Below are positions 56,968-64,000 of a stretch of 64,000 bases of DNA, piece by piece. Source of the DNA: an uncultured Spirochaetota bacterium (GTDB lineage Bacteria > Spirochaetota > Spirochaetia > SZUA-6 > Fen-1364); assembly GCA_963734545.1 (NCBI GenBank), contig CAVTHO010000007.1, forward strand, positions 576,001 through 640,000, in the 5' to 3' direction. The position numbers and the translations under genes were made by a program. The notes below the pieces were generated by a model. That model was not told the DNA's origin. It was given only the letters and a program-made list of their open reading frames with translations, and did no database searches. Within the stretch, counting starts at the first letter, position 1. Each line of letters begins with the position of its first letter.

Positions 56968-57814
56968 ATGCGCCTTTTCAGACTGCTTGCGATGCTCGGT
57001 ATCATGACAGCGGGAACCGGGTGCGGGTTGCCGGATTCGTACTTTCTCCAGCCCCCTGCGGTGAACGTCCCGGCCACACCCCTGGATCCCACGTTTCGAA
57101 TCGTCGGCACGGACAGGGGGTCCGACACCGGTGCGGATTTCCAGGGCTATGAGCTTTATTACAAGTTCTACGGCGGCACCGGCGACGCTACGTTCAATAG
57201 CGATGCAACCAGTTTTGGCACAGGTTCGACAAACACGGACCTCCAGCAGGCGGGATTTCACCGCCTCTGTCTTGGACCAAACAACCTTGGACCAGGCGAC
57301 TCCGAGCTCCCTGTCGACACGAGCGCTGGATTTGCGAGCGCCCCGCTCATCAATATCAAGCAAATCGATGAGCCAAATATCGGGCTCAAATATTCGGTCA
57401 GAATCAGGTTGAATGATCCTGGCACACCGGAGAGTCCTGCACCCAATACCGCGTCGCTGTCCTACTACGTGTATGCAAAGCCGGGAGTCAGCGCAGCGAT
57501 AAAATACGCGGAGGTGCGAAGGTTCGTGACGCAGACTGGAAACGTCTGCAAGACGTTCGCGTCCAATGACTCTGTTAGCGCCGCTGATCAACTGGGATCC
57601 TCCGACGTATGCTGACGCGGACCTTACGGGCGCCACAGGCCAGGCCATTTGGGGTCAGGTGACTGGCGGTCCGACCCCTGGCTATATCTATGTGATGTTG
57701 TATGCATTCAGCTACGGGATATCAACTGCGGCCGTCGGCGGCGTTGCTGTCAACACTCCGGTTTATTCCTCACCGGTTTATCTTGGGTACGTCACTGCCC
57801 TGGTTAATCCATAG
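56968..57814 (+). CDS. Putative lipoprotein (frameshift near 57570)
   Basis: Lipobox-like GTGC followed by GLPD..FLQPP; continues in ORF 57566..57814. Confidence 0.65.
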
Positions 57815-57839
57815 CTGACTTTGAAGAAGGGACTTTAAC

Positions 57840-58118
57840 ATGTGGTTTTATTATTTCAGAGTGGGTCTCACCTATGTCACCATCGGGGTAGCTGCGGCGG
57901 TCTTCTTTTTCTTCGTGGTGAAGAAACCGGTGCTGGGAAAGCTGTGGGGAGCGATAGTTGTCGGACTGGTCGGCTCATTCCTCGGAGGGCTGATCGACCA
58001 GCTCTTTTCCAGGGTCATTCAGTACCTCTCCGACGTGAACTCGGTGAATGTCTTTTCCGCGCTGGCAACTTCGCTGCTCATGATCTGGCTGCTTTCTAAG
58101 GCAAGCTACCCGAGGTGA
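57840..58118 (+). CDS. Small membrane protein, GlsB/YeaQ/YmgE-like
   Basis: Three hydrophobic helices with GLVGSFLGG. Confidence 0.6.
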   Translation: MWFYYFRVGLTYVTIGVAAAVFFFFVVKKPVLGKLWGAIVVGLVGSFLGGLIDQLFSRVIQYLSDVNSVNVFSALATSLLMIWLLSKASYPR

Positions 58119-58127
58119 GAGAGGAGG

Positions 58128-58331
58128 GTGAAACACGTGGACGGAACTGTGCGCGCAAGGATTGCCCCCGGCATGAGGGTTTCGATAGTCCAGAAGGCCG
58201 ACCAGCGCAGCGGCAACCGCACCGAGGGAGTGGTTCGTGACATCCTGACAAGCTCTCCCAACCATCCCCACGGCATCAAGGTCCGGCTCGAGACTGGCGA
58301 AGTCGGCAGGGTGCAGGAAATCCTCGGATAG
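58128..58331 (+). CDS. YwbE (DUF2196) family protein
   Basis: KADQRSG..TEGVVRDILT and HPHGIKVRLETGEVGRV. Confidence 0.88.
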   Translation: MKHVDGTVRARIAPGMRVSIVQKADQRSGNRTEGVVRDILTSSPNHPHGIKVRLETGEVGRVQEILG

Positions 58332-58361
58332 GGCGGGGGACAGCAAAGCAGCTTTCATACG

Positions 58362-59114
58362 ATGCAAACGCGCAGCACCCGGGTTGGCCGTTTCTGGATC
58401 ATTCTCCTGCTGTCCGCGGCTTTTCTCTTCCAGGAGCTCAAAACACCCGCCCAGAGTTTCCAGATCGATCTCGCGCGGGACGGCATGATCCTTGGCAGCG
58501 GGATTGTTTTTGCAGGGTTAGGGGAGCTGCTGGTCAGGTTTTCGCGTCCAGTGGAGGCACAGGAACACCCCGATATCACGCAGGTGCCCTTGCTCGACCG
58601 GGCAGCCATGTTTCCTTACTCAAAGGAAGGAGACACCGTGAGCACAATCCTTGAGTTTGCCTCACTTTCCGTTCCCGTGGTTCTCTGCGTCTCTACCCAG
58701 CCCGACTCCACGCTCTCTGCGGCGATTCTCTACGCGGAATCGCTTGCCCTGGCGTACGGGACCAAGAATCTGCTCAAATTCCTCTTTCCCCGACCGCGGC
58801 CCTACATATACAGCGGGGGAGCCCCCGGGGTTGACCGGTCAGAGGACGATCTGTCTTTTCCCTCCGGACATGCGACCATGTCGTTCACAGCCGCCGCCTT
58901 TTCGATGTTCCTTTTTTCAAGAGGCTTGCCCGGAGCCGCCAACTATCTTCCCCTTGTCGCAGCAAACTTCAGCCTTGCGGGATTGACCTCTTCGTACCGG
59001 GTCTTGTCCGGAATGCACTTTATTACCGATGTCGCAGCGGGTGCAGTGATCGGCGTTGTCTGCGGCTTTGTAGTTCCGTCTCTTGTCAGGCAGACGCGGG
59101 GGAGGGCCCTATGA
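58362..59114 (+). CDS. PAP2 family phosphatase
   Basis: K..FPRPRP, SFPSGHA, RVLSGMHFITDV. Confidence 0.9.
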   Translation: MQTRSTRVGRFWIILLLSAAFLFQELKTPAQSFQIDLARDGMILGSGIVFAGLGELLVRFSRPVEAQEHPDITQVPLLDRAAMFPYSKEGDTVSTILEFASLSVPVVLCVSTQPDSTLSAAILYAESLALAYGTKNLLKFLFPRPRPYIYSGGAPGVDRSEDDLSFPSGHATMSFTAAAFSMFLFSRGLPGAANYLPLVAANFSLAGLTSSYRVLSGMHFITDVAAGAVIGVVCGFVVPSLVRQTRGRAL

Positions 59115-59473
59115 AATGGATGAAGGCTCCTGAAGAACTTAAGGATTTACTTGAAACTGCCATGAAAAACATCGATTGCGAAAAGAAGCCCATGTTCGGC
59201 TACCCAGCTTATTTCATCAACAGGAACCTTTTCATCGGAATCTTCCAGGACAAGATCTTTGCCCGTCTATCTGATCATCAGCTGGTTTCGCTCCGCGTAA
59301 AGTATCATTCGATTTCTAATCTTGAGCCTATGCCAGGCAGACCCATGAAAAGCTATTACGTGCTTCCCAAGGATCTGTACTTGAATTCGAAAGCCTTCAA
59401 CAGCTTGATCAAGAGCTCAGCCGACTACACCCGTTCGCTGGCGCCCAAACCGAAGAAGAAGCCAAAAGCCTGA
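59111..59473 (+). CDS. TfoX/Sxy N-terminal domain protein
   Basis: KPMFGYPAYFIN, PMPGRPMKSYY, LAPKPKK. Confidence 0.82.
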   Translation: MKWMKAPEELKDLLETAMKNIDCEKKPMFGYPAYFINRNLFIGIFQDKIFARLSDHQLVSLRVKYHSISNLEPMPGRPMKSYYVLPKDLYLNSKAFNSLIKSSADYTRSLAPKPKKKPKA

Positions 59474-59657
59474 GTGGGGCATTCACTCTGGGAATGCTAC
59501 AGGCTGGGAACACCGCAGGCCTGAAACCATTATTCCTCAACTTCCGATAATAGATATTCTGTCTACTTTCAGAGCAGGCAAATATGCTGGAAAAGATGCC
59601 ATACGCAAGCCATTAACCGCAGCTGCAGCAACGCTATCCCCCCCAAGGGGCCCCCGG

Positions 59658-60570
59658 CTACTGCCCCTGAGACTTGCCTGCAGAGCCCAGTAAAGGCTCA
59701 ATACGAGGAGATCTGACCTGTTGTCGTGAAAGTTCCCGGTATGCCCCCGAGCTCGCAAATCTCGATATCAAGCTCCAGAGCTCCAGTGCGTGCTGCGGAT
59801 AGCCGGCGGCAAATGTTGAGCCGGCAAGGTAGTAAAGATCCTTATATAGCTCAACCTCGCCGGCGAATGCCTGAAGCTCGCCGCTCTTTTCTACCGCGGC
59901 GAGGACGTCCTGCAATGAAGCAAACTCGTAGTTGATGTCTCTCTCGCGGATGTAAGAGTTGATCTCGCTGACCTCATAAATGACGGAGTACAGGAGATGG
60001 GATATCGACTGTGAGAATCGCCCGGTTCGATAGTAGAACCATCCGAGCCTGGAGTGGGCCTTCAACGCAAATGAAGAATCGAATCTGTAGAGCAGCAGCA
60101 CATGGTCCAATCCTTTCTCAAGGTAGTTCTTCTCAATCTGGGTGCGCATGCGCGAGGTGGCCGTCTCAATAAAATGCCTGTCATCTGCCACGACCGCAGT
60201 AAGCTCATCCTCCATGAGCTTGTACAGCTCCTGGCTCTCATACAGGCGAGCCATTCTGTAAAGAACATCGTACTGAGAATCGGAAATGTAAAAGCCCTTT
60301 CTCTGGTTGTATGCTTTCTGATACTGACTGGCAGCCAGGTCAAACTCCCCTTCTTCGAAGTAAACGTCGCCAATCGCCATCTCTGCCTCTGGAAAGATCC
60401 CAGCAGAAGAAATAGCGTCTTTGTAGTATTGAAGAGCTCTGCCAAATTCCTTTGCAGCCATCGAGGCGTTTCCCTGCTCGAAGAGGATCCAATTCTGTGA
60501 CTGCCTGTCCTGACCTGACAGAGGCAGGGCGAGAAATGAGACAAGAAAGACTACCGGGATCCTGCGCAAG
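59658..60570 (-). CDS. Secreted TPR protein (start uncertain)
   Basis: Signal-peptide-like RRIPVVFLVSFLALPLSG followed by TPR helices. Confidence 0.7.
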
Positions 60571-60720
60571 ATACTGCCTCGCGATCTAAAGCATCCATAG
60601 GCCAATATGGGGTGTCTAAAAAACATGACTTGCTTAAGTAAATTGTTCGCTTACGTATTGATGTTTCGAGCAAGTGTAAAAGCACCTCCTCGCTTCACGT
60701 CTTCGAATCGTCTTTCTGCC

Positions 60721-61332
60721 TTACCACCCTGCGCTGAGGACAAGATCGCCTTGGGTCCTGACAAGGTTCCTTATGCTCGTGGTATAGGTCAAAATCCGCT
60801 TGTCATCTGACAGCGATCCAAGCGTGAACTCCTGGATCGGCGTGGGAGCCTCGAGGACGAACGTGAGGTCGTAGCCATCGAAGAATGCATCGATCATTTG
60901 CAGCGAGTCTTCAGTCACCGGCTGTTTGGGCGCGTGCGCGATCAGTTGGGAGAATGTGCGCCGTGAGCCATCCACGCTCAACTTGAGATTCGCGTCACGG
61001 AAGGCGTCCACCTGCGCCAGCGCGTCGAGAGAGTCGAAAGCGAGCTCGACGCGGATCGAGATATCTTTCTCGTTCTCCGTCCGCTCGAACTTCGTCAGCC
61101 GCACCCTGCCCTGAGAGGCCTGCAGCGACCGTTCGAAATCGGCCCTGGCGAGGGGAAGGGGAACGACACCCTTCTCCGAGCTCGTTGTGCCGAGATCCGC
61201 CACCAGCTGGGACACGCGGTAGTTGAGAGCAAGGGTCCCGGAGCCGTCTTCCCTGATCGTCATCCTGCTGTCGATGCCGACGCAGGACATGATAAAAACC
61301 GAGGCTATACAAAGGATGACGATTTTTCGCAT
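60721..61332 (-). CDS. Putative lipoprotein
   Basis: MRKIVILCIASVFIMSC lipobox followed by DGSGTL; TATAGT -10 at 61354-61349. Confidence 0.75.
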   Translation of the reverse strand: MRKIVILCIASVFIMSCVGIDSRMTIREDGSGTLALNYRVSQLVADLGTTSSEKGVVPLPLARADFERSLQASQGRVRLTKFERTENEKDISIRVELAFDSLDALAQVDAFRDANLKLSVDGSRRTFSQLIAHAPKQPVTEDSLQMIDAFFDGYDLTFVLEAPTPIQEFTLGSLSDDKRILTYTTSIRNLVRTQGDLVLSAGW

Positions 61333-61410
61333 GGTCTTTCCTGATGTCACTATAGCGGATTCCCGGTCGAATTGCCAGTGGAGCACCCTGGAGTGTCAGT
61401 GCCCTGCCGG

Positions 61411-61726
61411 CCAACCGCGCCAACTCCGCCAGGAACAGAAGGGAGCGCAAGGGCTGCGGTCTCGCTTCCGCAGGCTCTCGGCGTCTGCTGCGCAGCCGCC
61501 TGCCGCCATACGCGTCCCTATCGTCGCTCGACCTCAGCATCCAACTGCGCCAACTCTGCCAGGAGCAGAAGGGAGCGCAAGGCCTACGGTCTCGCTTCTG
61601 TACCTCCCGTACTCGCTCGACCTCGGCATCCAACTGCGCCAACTCTGCCAGGAGCAGAAGGGAGCGCAAGGCCTACGGTCTCGCTTCTGTACCTCCCTGT
61701 ACTCGCTCGACCTCGGCATCCCTGCC
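61411..61726 (-). repeat. Array of about 89-90 bp structured repeats (two full copies, one diverged core, one partial)
   Basis: Full units begin at 61524 and 61613, a partial at 61703, and a diverged core spans 61411-61470. Confidence 0.93.
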
Positions 61727-62124
61727 TACGACGTTGCGGCGCGGTGGTTATACCAGTTCTTCGCTTTGCGCTTGGTAAGCTGTTCTTCGCGGTGGGCCCA
61801 ATAGTACTGAAGGGTTCTCGAGTTTTCGCAGGAATGGCAGATCGCCTTTCCCTCTCGAAACTCCCTCTGCGGCTGCCATTTGCCGCAACGCTCGCACTTT
61901 CGCTCATTGGCGTGGGGATCTTTGGAGTCTTGCAGAAAATAGTAGCTTGAACGTATTTTCATCAGGTTGCGGTGCGATACCTGGCCCGTCTTCAGCCAAT
62001 GATGAATCGTTGATTGGGTGCGCTGGAACATACGGGCGAGATCCGACTTGGACATCCTCCACGTTCTCATCATCCATTCGAGCATCTCGCGGACGGGAGG
62101 ATCTTCTGGCAATTCTCCTGGCAT
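61726..62124 (-). CDS. Cro/XRE-like HTH protein with a C-terminal CxxC-x15-CxxC zinc finger
   Basis: MSKSDLARMFQRTQSTIHHWLKTG, CERC...CHSC, basic tail; GAGGT RBS. Confidence 0.72.
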   Translation of the reverse strand: MPGELPEDPPVREMLEWMMRTWRMSKSDLARMFQRTQSTIHHWLKTGQVSHRNLMKIRSSYYFLQDSKDPHANERKCERCGKWQPQREFREGKAICHSCENSRTLQYYWAHREEQLTKRKAKNWYNHRAATS

Positions 62125-62135
62125 TGCAGGTACCT

Positions 62136-62158
62136 CGTTACCGGATATATCGGTAACG
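62136..62158. promoter_or_regulatory. Perfect inverted repeat (candidate operator) upstream of the HTH gene
   Basis: CGTTACCG-gatatat-CGGTAACG. Confidence 0.55.
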
Positions 62159-62201
62159 TACGGCCATTTTCTTAAGCGGATCAGGCATTATGCCGTTTTT
62201 T

Positions 62202-63755
62202 TTATTCCCACTCGATGGTAGCCGGCGGTTTGCTGGAAACATCGTACACGACACGGCCAATTTCCGGAATGTTGTTGGTAAGAGTCGATGAGATCTCCAG
62301 AAGATCGTTCATTTCCATGGGAAAAACGTCCGCGGTTATTGCGTCGAGCGACGTCACCGCGCGCAGCGCGAGAACGTGGCCATACCGCCGCATGTCGCCT
62401 GAGACGCCGACGGAGCGTATCGGCAGAAGGACGCAAAAGGCCTGCCAGATCTTCTCATAGAGGCCCCGTCCCCGCAGTTCCGCGAGAAAGAGGGCGTCCG
62501 CTTTGCGGAGAAGGGCGCTGTTCTCCCTGTTCACCTCGCCGAGGATCCTCACCGCAAGACCGGGCCCCGGGAATGGATGACGGTTGACAACGGCACGGGG
62601 AAGGCCGAGAGTGAGCCCCAGTTCCCTGACCTCGTCCTTGTACAACGAGGAGAGGGGCTCGATGATCTTTCCCTCCGCCCTCATTGCCTCGACAAGCGGC
62701 GAGCGCACGTTGTGATGCGTCTTGATGAGGTGTGCTTTGTCACCGACGCCTCGGCCTGACTCGATGAGGTCCGTGTACAAGGTTCCCTGCGCAAGGAAGG
62801 CATCGCGGATGCCCAGGGCGCGGATCTCCTCCGCCTGCACCTGCATGAACAGGTCCCCGATGATGCGCCTCTTCTGCTCGGGATCCGTCACTCCGGCGAG
62901 TCCGGCAAAGAAGCGTGCGGATGCGTCGATCGAATGCACGTGCACGGCGCCCAGTTCAGCAAGACTTGCCCGCACCTCGTCAGACTCACCCTGACGCATC
63001 AGGCCGGTATCGATGTACATCAAATGGATCCGGCGTGGGTCGAGACTCTTCAGCAGCAGGGCAGCCACGACGCATGAATCGACCCCTCCGGATATGAGGA
63101 GAACGACCTGCCGATCCCCTACCCGCTTCACAAGCTCTTCCCGCTCCCGTGACAGGAATGCCTTCATGTTCCAGTCCTGGCGGGCAGCGCAGATGTCGAT
63201 TGCGAAGGCGCCGAGTATTTCCATGCCGTATTGGCAGTGACTTGCCTCGGGGTGAAATTGCACGCCCCAGATGCGTCTGTTTTCATCGACAAAGGCCGCC
63301 GGAATCCCGCTTTCCGAGCTTCCGATAACGCGAAATCCCCGTGGAGTTGCCGTTACCGAGTCGCCATGGCTCATCCAGGACACGAAGGAATCCTCGGGAA
63401 GGCGGGAAAAGAGTCTCGTCCGGTCCTGAAGGGTGATCCGTGCGCGGCCGTACTCTTTTCGTCCCAGCGCCCTGACGGTACCCCCGTGGTCCGCGCTGAG
63501 GCGCTGGAAGCCGTAGCAAATCCCCAGGATGGGGAGACCCGAGTCGTAAATGCGCGCATCCACCGTGGGAGCATCGGCTTCATAGACCGAGTACGGAGAG
63601 CCGGACAGGATGATCCCTTTCGCCGCCGTGAGATCCATCTCATCGATTCTGGCGTCGCCTCGTACGATTTCACAGTAGACACCCAGCTGCCGGATCCGAC
63701 GCCCGATGAGCTGTGTGCTCTGGCCGCCAAAATCGAGAACCAGGATCTTGTCCAT
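62202..63755 (-). CDS. guaA: GMP synthase (glutamine-hydrolysing)
   Basis: LGICYG, QFHPE, SGGVDS, IKTHHNV, HPFPGPGL, SKPPATIEWE. Confidence 0.97.
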   Translation of the reverse strand: MDKILVLDFGGQSTQLIGRRIRQLGVYCEIVRGDARIDEMDLTAAKGIILSGSPYSVYEADAPTVDARIYDSGLPILGICYGFQRLSADHGGTVRALGRKEYGRARITLQDRTRLFSRLPEDSFVSWMSHGDSVTATPRGFRVIGSSESGIPAAFVDENRRIWGVQFHPEASHCQYGMEILGAFAIDICAARQDWNMKAFLSREREELVKRVGDRQVVLLISGGVDSCVVAALLLKSLDPRRIHLMYIDTGLMRQGESDEVRASLAELGAVHVHSIDASARFFAGLAGVTDPEQKRRIIGDLFMQVQAEEIRALGIRDAFLAQGTLYTDLIESGRGVGDKAHLIKTHHNVRSPLVEAMRAEGKIIEPLSSLYKDEVRELGLTLGLPRAVVNRHPFPGPGLAVRILGEVNRENSALLRKADALFLAELRGRGLYEKIWQAFCVLLPIRSVGVSGDMRRYGHVLALRAVTSLDAITADVFPMEMNDLLEISSTLTNNIPEIGRVVYDVSSKPPATIEWE

Positions 63756-64000
63756 CAGCGCGTCAGCTCCGTGCGCAGGCGCTCCATGGCGTGCGCATGG
63801 GAGTCCGCAATGGAGCGGGCGCGTTCGGCGGAGAGTCCCCTGTAATTCGCCGGATCGGAAAAGAAGGCCGCTGCATCAAGACCCCGCGAAGCGGCGAGCT
63901 GCCGCGTGAGGATGTCCCAGAGCGCGGCGTCCTGCCTGAGGATATCCGTGAGCTTCGCGCCGGTTTTCTCGGCCCGCAGCGTCGCGGTGCGCACGCGCTC
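63755..64000 (-). CDS. purB: C-terminal part of a probable adenylosuccinate lyase (truncated by the window edge)
   Basis: DPANYRGLS resembles the fumarase/ASL-family C-terminus; coupled to guaA. Confidence 0.5.
   Translation of the reverse strand, partial: ERVRTATLRAEKTGAKLTDILRQDAALWDILTRQLAASRGLDAAAFFSDPANYRGLSAERARSIADSHAHAMERLRTELTR

Noticed and set aside
54079-57648. 1189-aa minus-strand ORF and other long antisense ORFs (e.g. 6344..7987, 29918..31591, 50995..52224)
   Set aside because: These are shadow frames opposite well-supported genes. They are expected from strong GC3 bias and show no motifs.
59530-59545. TTATTCC resembling the guaA 3' end as a possible att duplication
   Set aside because: Only 7 bp match and there is no integrase, so this is chance level.
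59474-59657. Possible ncRNA in the spacer between the convergent TfoX-like and TPR genes
   Set aside because: Only short alternative hairpins (GCATTC/GAATGC); no recognisable family or promoter.
61411-61726. CRISPR array interpretation
   Set aside because: The units are about 89 bp and head-to-tail, without unique spacers, and no cas genes are present in the window.
60995-61950. ORFs crossing the repeat array (60995..61669, 61223..61804, 61372..61950)
   Set aside because: The 89-bp period breaks frame, the translations are repeat-derived, and they overlap better-supported genes.
1-64000. Programmed frameshifting or an alternative genetic code as the cause of broken ORFs
   Set aside because: No consistent slippery motif at the breaks. 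TGA, TAA and TAG all end intact genes normally, and the breaks are frame changes rather than in-frame stops.

Overview
GC-rich chromosomal window from a spirochaete (class Spirochaetia, probably a free-living lineage). The assignment rests on gene order and on protein signatures such as a giant GreA and a NusA with a C-terminal Zn-ribbon. About 57 kb is housekeeping backbone: tamB-bamA-ompH-ruvX, mutS-comF, rimP-nusA-infB-rbfA-truB-ribF-rpsO-pnp, M16 peptidase-dut-lptFG-tgt-murJ, greA, rpe, dtd, mutY-like, prs, recA-folK, scpAB-rluB-cmk-rpsA, a GAF sigma-54 activator and a CHASE2 adenylate cyclase. It ends with guaA and a partial purB-like gene. Many essential genes carry single-base frameshifts, most simply explained as long-read assembly indels, so the coordinates given are reconstructed gene extents. 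I saw no rRNA, tRNA, integrase, transposase or CRISPR array. The most unusual locus lies just downstream of guaA. It has a 132-aa HTH plus CxxC-x15-CxxC protein preceded by a perfect palindrome. Starting at its stop codon is an array of about 89-bp structured repeats whose substitutions preserve pairing on the minus strand and which carry CsrA-like GGA hairpins. Other candidates are a structured leader before scpA, a possible CTG-initiated MutY lacking the Fe-S cluster, a bidirectional leaderless promoter and an SOS-like box before recA.
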